Both the position numbers and the translations under genes were made by a program. Source: Balanoglossus misakiensis (taxonomy: Eukaryota; Animalia; Hemichordata). Taken from it: a DNA stretch of 64,000 nucleotides. Every line of letters starts with the position of its first letter. The first letter of the stretch is position 1. Shown here piece by piece: positions 23,452 to 35,900 of this stretch. Below the pieces are notes generated by a model that searched no databases, was not told the origin of the DNA, and was given only the letters and a program-made list of their open reading frames with translations. The stretch covers positions 496,001-560,000 of the forward strand of contig CM082592.2 in the NCBI GenBank assembly GCA_040954595.2, in the 5' to 3' direction.

Positions 23452-26400
23452 GTCTGTCATGGTGTGCCGGTGTTTTAGTCGAGCCAGGCCGTAGGAGATC
23501 TGACTTGATCATCGTGGTCAATGTACGCGTGTTTCCGCTCTAAAGTGCCGGGGCTTCAGCTAAACCAGGCCGTAGGAAATCCGACGTAATCACCGTTGAT
23601 AACTTACGCCTGTCTGTGTCATATAGAGCCGGTGCACCAGCCGAGTCACGCCGTAGGAAATCTGACTTGATCAACGTGGTCAATGTACGCCTGTTTCTGC
23701 TCTAGAGTGCCGGGGCTTCAGCTGAGCCAGGCCGTAGGAAACCCGACGTGATTACCGTTGTTAACTTACGCCAGTCTGTGTCCTATATATAGTGCCGGGG
23801 CATCAGCCGTGCCAGGCCGAAGGAAATGTGAGTAGATCAACGTGGTCTCTGTACGCGTGTTTCTGCTCTAGAGTGCCAGGGCTTTAGCCAAGCCATGCCG
23901 TAGGAAATCTGACTTGATCAACGTTGCTAACGAACGCTAGTGTCTGTCATAGTGTGCCGGGGTTTTAGTCGAGCCAAGCCGTAGGAGATCAGACTTGATC
24001 AACGTGGTCTCTGTACGCGTGTTTCTGCTCTAGAGTGCCGGGGCTTTATCCAAGCCATGCCGTAGAAAATCTGACTTGATCACCGTTGCTAACGTACGCT
24101 AGTGTCTGTCATATTGTGACGGAGATTTAGCCGAGCCAGGCCGTAGAAAAATCGACTTGTTCAACGTTACCAGTGTGCAACTGTTTCTGCTCTAGAGTGT
24201 CAGGGTTTTAGCCGACTTATGCTGTAGGAAATCTGAGTTGATGAACGCGAATTCAATGTTAGAAAACCCGTGTGGAAAGTATCTCTACCCGTTTGAAACT
24301 AAGAAAAGAATTTATTCTTATTTATTTTGTAAAAAAGACAATTTTTCGAAAAAAAGTCGAAAAATTGCAATTTTGTCTTGGGTGATTCAAATTATACCGC
24401 CTTTTCTGGAATTTGCAGCACTTTTTACAAGAGAACGACACTTCATGCTCCATAATATTTCCGAAAATGAAGAAAAGAGTTAATTTTTTATGATTTTTCA
24501 AAAATTTACCATTTTTGTCAAAATATGGCCAAAATGGCTATTTTTCTTGAATTCCGTCAATATCTCTGCATTTTTGGAGTGGTCGAGAGTTTTAACATAC
24601 AATCAACATGTCATATATGATCAGGGCACCAAATTCGAAGAACAAAGGTTTTTTTATTTTTTTTCTCTAAAAATGACATTTTCAAGGAAAATTTGGTAAA
24701 ACGCAATTTTGTCTGCAGTGAGCCAAATTAGACGGTCTTTTGTGGAATTTGTATCGATATATACATACGAAGAGCATTCTATACTCCATCAGATTTCCGA
24801 AAATGTAGAAAACAGGTATTTTTTGTAATTTTTCAAAAATTACCATTTTGACCAAATTGTGGCTAAAATTGTTATTTTCGTGATGAATGCCGCCAGTGTC
24901 ACTGCTTTTAAAAGTCATAAAAACTTATAACATACAAGCAATTGTTTATATATGATCAGGTCACCGAATTAAAAAATAAAGAATGTTTTGACTAAAAATC
25001 AGCTCATTCAGAGTGCATTTTTTATAATCAGCACCATTTTTACATATAATGGAAATTTCATACATCATCAGATATCCAAATATGAAAAAATGATTTAGAT
25101 TTTAGATGATTGTCCAAAATTAGCTGATATCTAATAAATGTAGTATTGAACCGTTCTGTCCCCCCCCCCCTACATTATATGCGGTACGCCGATGTCAGCT
25201 TACCCGGCAGTACTGCAGGCCGTGCCCCCAACTAACGTCGGTGTTTGAAACGCCCGGGTTAAATTCGGGCTTTCTCAATAAATTGACAGGCAATAATGCA
25301 GTCCTACCCGAACAAATGTCGAGTATTGACCAGCTGTGACTTTCCCTCTTCGGTTTGCCCGACTTAGCCAACGTCTTTGTACTAGAGTGTCGGGTCTTTT
25401 GCAGAGCCAGGCCGAAGGAAATCCGACTTGATCACCGTTGCTAACGAACGCTAGTGTCTGTCATGGTGTGCCGGGGTTTTAGTCGAGCCAGGCCGTAGGA
25501 GATCTGACTTGATCATCGTGGTCAATGTACGCGTGTTTCCGCTCTAAAGTGCCGGGGCTTCAGCTAAACCAGGCCGTAGGAAATCCGACGTAATCACCGT
25601 TGATAACTTACGCCAGTCTGTCTCATATAGAGCCGGTGCACCAGCCGAGTCACGCCGTAGGAAATCTGACTTGATCAACGTGGTCAATGTTCGCCAGTTT
25701 CTGCTCTAGAGTGCCGGGGCTTCAGCTGAGCCAGGCCGAAGGAAACCCGACGTGATTACCGTTGTTAACTTACGCCAGTCTGTGTCCTATATATAGTGCC
25801 GGGGCATCAGCCGTGCCAGGCCGAAGGAAATGTGAGTAGATCAACGTGGTCTCTGTAGGCGTGTTTCTGCTCTAGAGTGCCAGGGCTTTAGCCAAGCCAT
25901 GCCGTAGGAAATCTGACTTGATCAACGTTGCTAACGAACGCTAGTGTCTGTCATGGTGTGCCGGGGTTTTAGTCGAGCCAGGCCGTAGGAGATCTGACTT
26001 GATCATCGTGGTCAATGTACGCGTGTTTCCGCTCTAAAGTGCCGGGGCTTCAGCTAAACCAGGCCGTAGGAAATCTGACTTGATCACCGTTGCTAACGTA
26101 CGCTAGTGTCTGTCATATTGTGACGGAGATTTAGCCGAGCCAGGCCGTAGAAAAATCGACTTGTTCAACGTTACCAGTGTGCAACTGTTTCTGCTCTAGA
26201 GTGTCTGGGTTTTAGCCGACTTATGCTGTAGGAAATCTGAGTTGATGAACGGGAATTCAATGTTAGAAAACCCGTGTGGAAAGTATCTCTACCCGTTTGA
26301 AACTAAGAAAAGAATTTATTCTTATTTATTTTGTAAAAAAGACAATTTTTCGAAAAAAAGTCGAAAATGGTAATTTTGTCTTGGGTGATTCAAATTATAC

Positions 26401-27948
26401 CACCTTTTCTGGAATTTGCAGCAGTTTTTACAAGAGAACGACACTTCATGCTCCATAATATTTCCGAAAATGAAGAAAAGAGTTAATTTTTTATGATTTT
26501 TTAAAAAATTACCATTTTTGTCAAAATATGGCCAAAATGGCTATTTTTTCTTGAATTCCGTCAATATCTCTGCATTTTTGGAGAGGTCGAAAGTTTTAAC
26601 ATACAATCAACATGTCATATATGATCAGGGCACCAAATTCGAAGAACAAAGGTTTTTTATTTTTTTCTAAAAATGACATTTTCAAGGAAAATTTGGTAAA
26701 ACGCAATTTTGTCTGCAGTGAGCCAAATTAGACTGTATTTTGTGGAATTTGTATCGATATATACATACGAAGAGCATTCTATACTCCATCAGATTTCCGA
26801 AAATGTAGAAAACAGGTATTTTTTGTAATTTTCAAAAATTTACCATTTTGACCAAATTGTGGCTAAAATTGTTATTTTCGTGTTGAATGCCGCCAGTGTC
26901 ACTGCTTTTAAAAGTCATAAAAACTTTTAACATACAAGCAATTGTTTATATATGATCAGGTCACCGAATTAAAAAAAAATTGTCTGCGGTGAGCCAAATT
27001 GGCCGTTTTTTGTGGAATTTGTATCGATATATATATACGAAGAGCATTCTATACTCCATCAGATTTCCGAAAATGTAGAAAACAGGTATTTTTTGTAATT
27101 TTCAAAAATTTACCATTTTGACCAAATTGTGGTTAAAATTGTTATTTTCGTGTTGAATGCCGCCAGTGTCAGTGCTTTTAAAAGTCATAAAAACTTTTAA
27201 CATACAAGCAATTGTTTGTATATGATCAGGTCACCGAATTAAAAAAAATAAAGAATGTTTTGCCTAAAAATGACCTTTTTGGTGCAAAAACGAATAAAAC
27301 GCAATTTTGTATTAAATCAGCTCATTCAGAGTGCATTTTTTATAATCAGCACCATCTTTACATATAATAGAAATTTCATACATCATCAGATATCCAAATA
27401 TGAAAAAATGATTTAGATTTTAGATGATTGTCCAAAATTAGCTGATATCTAATAAATGTAGTATTGAACCGTTCTGTTCCCCCCCCCCTACATTATATGC
27501 GGTACGCCGATGTCAGCTTACCCGGCAGTACTGCAGGCCGTGCCCCCCCCCCCCCCCAACTAACGTCGGTGTTTGAAACGCCCTGGTTAAATTCGGGCTT
27601 TCTCTATAAATTGACAGGCAATAATGCAGTCCTACCCGAACAAATGTCGAGTGTTGACCCGCTGTGACTTCCCCTCTTCGGTTTGCCCGACTTAGCCAAC
27701 GTCTTTGTACTAGAGTGTCGGGTCTTTTGCAGAGCCAGGCCGAAGGAAATCCGACTTGATCACCGTTGCTAACGAACGCTAGTGTCTGTCATGGTGTGCC
27801 GGGGTTTTAGTCGAGCCAGGCCGTAGGAGATCTGACTTGATCATCGTGGTCAATGTACGCGTGTTTCCGCTCTAAAGTGCCGGGGCTTCAGCTAAACCAG
27901 GCCGTAGGAAATCCGACGTAATCACCGTTGATAACTTACGCCAGTCTG
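23452..27948. repeat. Composite satellite units
   Basis: 81-bp monomers (gccgtaggaaatc… recurring at 25411, 25492, 25573, 25654, 25735) alternate with ~1.1-kb AT-rich blocks. One unit has an extra ~300-bp duplication (~26980-27245). Confidence 0.95.
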
Positions 27949-28158
27949 GATGGAGGGCGCTAGAGTCAGCCATCTACGGAAGCAGATTTCTAGCACGCTC
28001 AGAGTTTTCATCGTTTTTTCACGTGAAATCGGTGAATTTTGTGGCGAAACTGAAGGTATATGCTTTTGGATAGATACTTGCAGCTAACTCGAGAGCAAAG
28101 AAGCATTTTGATTCTCAGAAGAAAGAAATTTTGCTAGTTTTCGTGGTCTCGAGCAAGC

Positions 28159-29331
28159 ATGGCCGTCAGAGACAAAGCCAGTTATGCGCAGGTGGTGACG
28201 ACCAAACGCCTGCAAGACAAAGACGGTGAAGTAGGAGTTCTACCCGTCTTTCTGAAGCAGTCGGACATAGTTCCCAGGGACAGTAATCAATGGCTAAGAG
28301 GTGAGGAAATTATAGCAGCCGTTTCAGAAGTTGTCACCATCGGCAGCTTGGAAGGGTTGCAACGGATAAGAGGTCTGTGGCGTATTTATATGAATGACGA
28401 AGCAGACCGGACAATTTTGTTACAACATGGACTCACACTACGCGGGAAGTCGATAGAGCTGTGGGGGCGAAATCCCTTCCGAAGAGAGTTTCATGAAGAT
28501 TGGTTAAGATTAACGATAAAAGATCTACCATTGTCACACGATAATGATGCTATTGCCGCTACACTTACTGGTTTGGGCTGTAAGCTCAAAACAGATATAT
28601 CCAGACAGAAATGGAGGTTAGACGGCAAGTTGACAAACATTCTTAATGGGGATCGAACTGTGTTCATCGAAAAACCAAAGACACCATTACCAGCTCAGGT
28701 TAAGATCGGTGCATTTTACGCGAAGATTATTTATAAACAATCCACAGCGGAGACGCAGCCACGATGCGGCAAATGCTTAGAGGAGGGACATACTGCGTAC
28801 AATTGCACTGGACAAATCAAATGCAGACTCTGTAAAAGAGAGGGGCATATTGCAAGAAATTGTATGACTTCTCAGGTACACGAAGAATTAACGTCTCAGT
28901 CCACCAAATACACAATGCAGAAAAGGTCTACGAATCCTGCCGATGCGGTATCGAGACTAGAAAGTGACAGCACACCGTTACAAGGAACATCCAGGCGTGA
29001 AACGGGGGACGAAGACCGTGTTGAGAAACCGCAAAGTCTGGCAAACAAAGCACCTGAGCCCTCGAGCTCGAGCGTTAAATCACAAAGCTCAATTTTAGCG
29101 TTCATAAAAGAGAACAGAGACGATAGACAAAACGATACTAGTGTCAGTGAAGGTGATGTAATGGATATTGAAGGTGGCGAGGACCGGCGTTATGACACAT
29201 CAAGAGAAAATATCTCTGAATTGTCTGCTGAATCGCCACCACTGTTGTCATTGACCCAAAACAAAGAAAATAAGAAAAAACGTAAAAGAAGACGAAAGCA
29301 GCAGCAGCAAGTCAGAATCAAAGGCTACTGA
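28159..29331 (+). CDS. LINE ORF1 protein (RRM-like region plus two CCHC zinc knuckles, basic C-terminus)
   Basis: Intact 390 aa; CGKCLEEGHTAYNC and CRLCKREGHIARNC knuckles; KKKRKRRRK tail. Confidence 0.9.
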   Translation: MAVRDKASYAQVVTTKRLQDKDGEVGVLPVFLKQSDIVPRDSNQWLRGEEIIAAVSEVVTIGSLEGLQRIRGLWRIYMNDEADRTILLQHGLTLRGKSIELWGRNPFRREFHEDWLRLTIKDLPLSHDNDAIAATLTGLGCKLKTDISRQKWRLDGKLTNILNGDRTVFIEKPKTPLPAQVKIGAFYAKIIYKQSTAETQPRCGKCLEEGHTAYNCTGQIKCRLCKREGHIARNCMTSQVHEELTSQSTKYTMQKRSTNPADAVSRLESDSTPLQGTSRRETGDEDRVEKPQSLANKAPEPSSSSVKSQSSILAFIKENRDDRQNDTSVSEGDVMDIEGGEDRRYDTSRENISELSAESPPLLSLTQNKENKKKRKRRRKQQQQVRIKGY

Positions 29332-32300
29332 TGGCAGCGCTGAAGTTAGTTACCCTGAATGTCAGGGGTTTCAAAGACAAAACGAAAAGGAACTGTATAT
29401 ATCGCTGGCTAAAACTCCAAAAAACGAGTATCGCGATTTTACAAGAGTTGCATGGAAATGGAACAGACCTTGACACTTGGGTGAAAGAATGGGGAGGGAA
29501 AGTATTCTTCTCGAAAGGTGACAATTATAGCAGAGGAACGGCAATATTGATTGAGCGCAGATGTGACCTCACCATTGATTCCGTGTGGAATGACGACTTC
29601 GGAAGAATTTGCATAATAAACGGTAGCCTTGTAGGTGTTAAGCTTTCAATTTGTAGTGTTTATGCCCCGAATCTCGTGACAAAAAGAACGGAATTCTTGA
29701 AAGATCTAGCTGGCCTGGTTGACACTCACTGCTATTACGAAAATCTTATTATAGCAGGCGACTTCAATTGTGCACTCAACGACACTTTGGACAGAGCGTC
29801 AAGTGTGAAATCACGGCAATCACATGATGGATCAAGAAGAGTCTTACGTAGTTTTTGTAATCAGTTTCAACTTATTGATGTTTGGAGGAATTTCCACCCT
29901 GGGCAACGGCAGTTTACTTGGCGAAGATTGGCCCCATCACCGACTCATAGCCGATTAGATTATGTTTTTATCTCAAAGCACCTCGTCAAGAATGTCAAAA
30001 ATCGGATATTCGTCCTGCTGTACACACAGATCATATGGCTGTTTACGTGGAATTGCAGACCGCTTCAGATTGTAGAGGGCCTGGTACATGGAAACTGAAC
30101 AATAGGCTTTTAAAAAATGAAGGCTTTGTCAACGGAGTCAAATCTGTAATCAGAGAGTGTGGTGAGAAGACATTCGAAAATAATCGGATGAAATGGGACA
30201 TCATGAAGAAAGAAATTAAAGAATATGCATTGGAATTTACAAGGTATGGAACAAAAGATCACAATAAGGAAATACCGAAGCTTGAGCAACAGCTAAAAGC
30301 GGATGAAAGAAATATGCTGGTGAATCCATCAGATGAAAATATACGGAAATACAGTGAAACCAAACAACGCCTTGAGAATATTTACAACATACTCGCCGAA
30401 GGTGCGCAGATAAGATCGCGTGCAGCGTGGGTGGAAAAGGGAGAAAGGAATACCAAGTATTTTTATCATTAGAAAAGTGAAATGCAGGAAAAAAGGAAAT
30501 TAAGGAGCTGGTGACCAGAAGTGGAAAGTGTGTGACAAAAACGGACGAGATTCTGCGGGAACAAAGAGAATTCTACGAGACGATCTATCAGCGAAAATGT
30601 TGCCATCAGTCGATTGACGATTTTTTGGAAAATAGCAGTTTACCAGGACTAACAGCTCTACAAAGTGAACAGTGCGAAGGTAATTTAACGGAAAGGGAAT
30701 GTTTGCGCGCTTTGAAGACCATGGCAGCTAACAAGTCTCCGGGATGTGATGGACTTTCGGTCGAATTTTTTCTTTTCTTTTGGTCAGAAATAAAAACATT
30801 TGTCACTTCATCTCTCAATGAAGCCTGGTCGTCAGGGGAACTTTCTGCTACACAAAAAAGAGGTATTATTACATTGTTGTATAAAAAGGGAGATGAAAAT
30901 GACTTGAATAATTGGAGGCCTGTGTCGCTTTTAAACATTGACTACAAAATTGCCACTAAGGCATTATCAAACAGACTCAAATGTGTTTTACCTACAATTA
31001 TCCATAGAGATCAGACAGGCTATATGAAAGGCCGTTTTATTGGAGAAAACATTCGCCTGATCTCCGATGTTCTAGACTACACTAAAAAGCGGCGTTTGGA
31101 AGGAGCGATCCTTTTTGTAGATTATGAGAAAGCGTTTGACAGTGTAAATTGGAAATTTTTGTATAGCGTGCTTAAAAAGATGAATTTTGGTCCAGGCTTT
31201 ATACGCTGGATTGAAGTTTTATATAGTAATATTTCTAGTTGTATTGTTTATAAGGGATGGTGCTCTGGATACTTTTCATTACATAGAGGTGTTCGACAGG
31301 GATGTTCCCTCTCGGCTTTATTGTTTTTACTTGTGATCGAAGTACTTGCATGTAAAATAAGACAACACGGGGAGATCAACGGGATCCCCTTATATGGTAA
31401 TAATACAGCGAAGATTTCATTATTTGCCGACGACACCACTATTTTTACAAGGGATGGTCGGTCATTAGAAAATGTTTTTAAAGTTATGGATGATTTTCAT
31501 CAGTGTGGTGGTTTAAAAATGAGCAACAAGAAAACGAAGGCAATGTGGGTTGGTAAAAACAGAAATAGTGAAAAGAAAATGGGAAATGTTGAATGGACAA
31601 ATGAGCCCATCAAAACGCTTGGTGTGTATTTTGGCTATGACACTGAGAAATGTAACAAACTTAACTGGGAGCCTAAGATTGATAAACTGAAAAAGGTGCT
31701 ACAAATGTGGGAAAGGAGAAGGCTTACGTTTTATGGGAGAGTGATGATTACGAAGGTTTTTGCAATTTCACAGATTTTGTTTTTGACATCAGTGATTGGA
31801 ATACCTGAAGGCATTAAGTGTGTTGTTCGAAAGCTAATTGATGGTTTTATAAGAAGAAAACGAAATATAAGCAATGTAATACTTCAGAGTGATTATGACA
31901 AAGGTGGCATCAGATGTGTCAACTTAGACAAGCAAATTGATTCTCTTTATGCAGTATGGGTCAAGAGACTGGTCTTGCGTAAAGGCAACACTTGGTCTGC
32001 TATACCATGGCATTATTTACAATTGGATGACCTTCAGTCATGTAATCTTATTCAGCACAACATTTTCTGGGAATCACTACCAAAGGCTTTAGAGTCTGCG
32101 ATCCCTGAATTTTACGTCAAGGTTTTAAATGCGTGGTACAGTGCAAGTGAAAACATCAAAGGAAACAGAAATGTAATTTTGAAATGGTGTAGCAAGTTTC
32201 ACTTTTTCTACAAATCCTTGAAAAATTGTAAATACGGTATTTGGGATGGAAAACACTGGATTTCCATCAATAACGTTACGTGTAAAGCCATTTATGCGAA

Positions 32301-32886
32301 CATTCTACAAAGGAGTCCAAAAGTGGATAAACTTAACAAATGGTACACATTACTGGAGGTACCAAACCAGACTACAAAAGAAAGTGAAACGGTCTGGAAG
32401 AACATACACGCAATAACTAAGGAAACAAAGTTGCGGGAATTTCAATGGAAACTTTTACACAGGTTGTTGCCATGTAATAAGTATTTGTTTTATTGGAATA
32501 AGAGCAGCAGTGTGGATTGTGAACTTTGTAAGATACCAGAGTCTCTTGAGCACAAGTACGTGCGTTGTACTATAGCCACATCACTTTGGGCAAAAATCGA
32601 GCGCATAATTCGGCAACTTTTTTGTAAAGATTTTGTTTTACAAAGCGCTCATATAATTTTCAATTGCATTAGAAGTGTTATGCTTTCGAAATCTGAAGAA
32701 AATATTGTAAATTTATTGATTTTAGTTTGCAAATGGAGTATACATAAATACTGGCTAAGTGAAACCAGAGCACCTTTAATGGTGCTAGTAAAATACGAAT
32801 TCATATTGAGATACAAGGTATACAAGGAAATATGCAATAATTCAGAAAGTGCAAGAATTTTTGAAGCTATTATATCTATGATGTGA
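29331..32886 (+). pseudogene. LINE ORF2 (APE endonuclease, reverse transcriptase, C-terminal Cys motif), disrupted
   Basis: APE motifs TLNVRG, LQE, VYAPN, AGDFN, SRLDY, TDH; RT motifs KSPGCDG, WRPVSLLN, DYEKAFD, GVRQG, LFADD; C-terminal CELC…H…C. Breaks are 1-nt deletions at A5 29997-30001 and T5 30460-30464, plus TGA at 30478-30480. Confidence 0.92.
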
Positions 32887-32973
32887 GTTTTCGGTTGGTT
32901 TCTTTTTTTTTGATATGTTAATGTAACACTGAAAGTTTTTTTAATAAAAGATAAAAAAAAAAAAAAAAAAAAA

Positions 32974-35900
32974 TTACGCCAGTCTGTGTCATATAGAGCC
33001 GGTGCACCAGCCGAGTCACGCCGTAGGAAATCTGACTTGATCAACGTGGTCAATGTACGCCTGTTTCTGCTCTAGAATGCCGGGGCTTCAGCTGAGCCAG
33101 GCCGTAGGAAACCCGACGTGATTACCGTTGTTAACTTACGCCAGTCTGTGTCCTATATATAGTGCCGGGGCATGAGCCGTGCCAGGCCGAAGGAAATGTG
33201 AGTAGATCAACGTGGTCTCTGTACGCGTGTTTCTGCTCTAGAGTGCCAGGGCTTTAGCCAAGCCATGCCGTAGGAAATCTGACTTGATCAACGTTGCTAA
33301 CGAACGCTAGTGTCTGTCATAGTGTGCCGGGGTTTTAGTCGAGCCAAGCCGTAGGAGATCAGACTTGATCAACGTGGTCTCTGTACGCGTGTTTCTGCTC
33401 TAGAGTGCCGGGGCTTTATCCAAGCCATGCCGTAGAAAATCTGACTTGATCACCGTTGCTAACGTACGCTAGTGTCTGTCATATTGTGACGGAGATTTAG
33501 CCGAGCCAGGCCGTAGAAAAATCGACTTGTTCAACATTACCAGTGTGCAACTGTTTCTGCTCTAGAGTGTCAGGGTTTTAGCCGACTTATGCTGTAGGAA
33601 ATCTGAGTTGATGCACGGGAATTCAATGTTAGAAAACCCGTGTGGAAAGTATCTCTACCCGTTTGAAACTAAGAAAAGAATTTATTCTTATTTATTTTGT
33701 AAAAAAGACAATTTTTCGAAAAAAAGTCGATAATGGTAATTTTGTCTTGGGTGATTCAAATTATACCGCCTTTTCTGGAATTTGCAGCACTTTTTACAAG
33801 AGAACGACACTTCATGCTCCATAATATTTCCGAAAATGAAGAAAAGAGTTAATTTTTTATGATTTTTTAAAAAATTACCATTTTTGTCAAAATATGGCCA
33901 AAATGGCTATTTTTCTTGAATTCCGTCAATATCTCTGCATTTTTGGAGTGGTCGAGAGTTTTAACATACAATCAACATGTCATATATGATCAGGGCACCA
34001 AATTCGAAGAACAAAGGTTTTTTTATTTTTTTTTTCTAAAAATGACATTTTCAAGGAAAATTTGCTAAAACGCAATTTTGTCTGCAGTGAGCCAAATTGG
34101 CCGTTTTTTTGTGGAATTTGTATCGATATATATATACGAAGAGCATTCTATACTCCATCAGATTTCCGAAAATGTAGAAAACAGCTATTTTTTGTAATTT
34201 TCAAAAATTTACCATTTTGACCAAATTGTGGCTAAAATTGTTATTTTCGTGTTGAATGCCGCCAGTGTCACTGCTTTTTAAAGTCATAAAAACTTTTAAC
34301 ATACAAGCAATTGTTTATATATGATCAGGTCACCGAATTAAAAAAATAAAGAATGTTTTCCCTAAAAATGACCTTTTTGGTGCAAAAACGAATAAAACGC
34401 AATTTTGTATTAAATCAGCTCATTCAGAGTGCATTTTTTATAATCAGCACCATTTTTACATATAATGGAAATTTCATACATCGTCAGATATCCAAATATG
34501 AAAAAATGAATTAGATATATTTAAGATGATTGTCCAAAATTAGCTGATATCTGATAAATGTAGTATTGAACCGTTCTGTTCCCCCCCCCCCTACATTACA
34601 TGCGGTACGCCGATGTCAGCTTACCCGGCAGTACTGCAGGCCGTGCCCCCAACTAACGTCGGTGTTTGAAACGCCCTGGTTAAATTCGAGCTTTCTCTAT
34701 AAATTGACAGGCAATAATGCAGTCCTACCCGAACAAATGTCGAGTGTTGACCCGCTGTGACTTTCCCTCTTCGGTTTGCCCGACTTAGCCAACGTCTTTG
34801 TACTAGAGTGTCGGGTCTTTTGCAGAGCCAGGCCGAAGGAAATCCGACTTGATCACCGTTGCTAACGAACGCTAGTGTCTGTCATGGTGTGCCGGGGTTT
34901 TAGTTGAGCCAGGCCGTAGGACATCTGACTTGATCATCGTGGTCAATGTACGAGTGTTTCCGCTCTAAAGTGCCGGTGCTTCAGCTAAACCAGGCCGTAG
35001 GAAATCCGACGTAATCACCGTTGATAACTTACGCCAGTCTGTGTCATATAGAGCCGGTGCACCAGCCGAGTCACGCCGTAGGAAATCTGACTTGATCAAC
35101 GTGGTCAATGTACGCCTGTTTCTGCTCTAGAGTGCCGGGGCATCAGCCGTGCCAGGCCGAAGGAAATGTGAGTAGATCAACGTGGTCTCTGTACGCGTGT
35201 TTCTGCTCTTGAGTGCCAGGGCTTTAGCCAAGCTATGCCGTAGAAAATCTGACTTGATCACCGTTGCTAACGTACGCTAGTGTCTGTCATATTGTGACGG
35301 AGATTTAGCCGAGCCAGGCCGTAGAAAAATCGACTTGTTCAACGTTGTTAACTTACGCCAGTCTGTGTCCTATATATAGTGCCGGGGCATCAGCCGTGCC
35401 AGGCCGAAGGAAATGTGAGTAGATCAACGTGGTCTCTGTACGCGTGTTTCTGCTCTAGAGTGCCAGGGCTTTAGCCAAGCCATGCCGTAGGAAATCTGAC
35501 TTGATCAACGTTGCTAACGAACGCTAGTGTCTGTCATAGTGTGCCGGGGTTTTAGTCGAGCCAAGCCGTAGGAGATCAGACTTGATCAACGTGGTCTCTG
35601 TACGCGTGTTTCTGCTCTAGAGTGCCGGGGCTTTATCCAAGCCATGCCGTAGAAAATCTGACTTGATCACCGTTGCTAACGTACGCTAGTGTCTGTCATA
35701 TTGTGACGGAGATTTAGCCGAGCCAGGCCGTAGAAAAATCGACTTGTTCAACGTTACCAGTGTGCAACTGTTTCTGCTCTAGAGTGTCAGGGTTTTAGCC
35801 GACTTATGCTGTAGGAAATCTGAGTTGATGAACGGGAATTCAATGTTAGAAAACCCGTGTGGAAAGTATCTCTACCCGTTTGAAACTAAGAAAAGAATTT

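Larger units (their letters stand above)
27949..32973 (+). mobile_element. Full-length L1-superfamily (Tx1-like) non-LTR retrotransposon, 5.0 kb
   Basis: 13-bp TSD TTACGCCAGTCTG at 27936-27948 and 32974-32986; ~210-bp 5'UTR, ORF1, ORF2, AATAAA at 32943 and A21 tail at 32953-32973. Confidence 0.95.

Noticed and set aside
30606-33053. Antisense ORFs over LINE ORF2
   Set aside because: They are shadow frames of the RT coding sequence; one runs across the poly-A tail into satellite.
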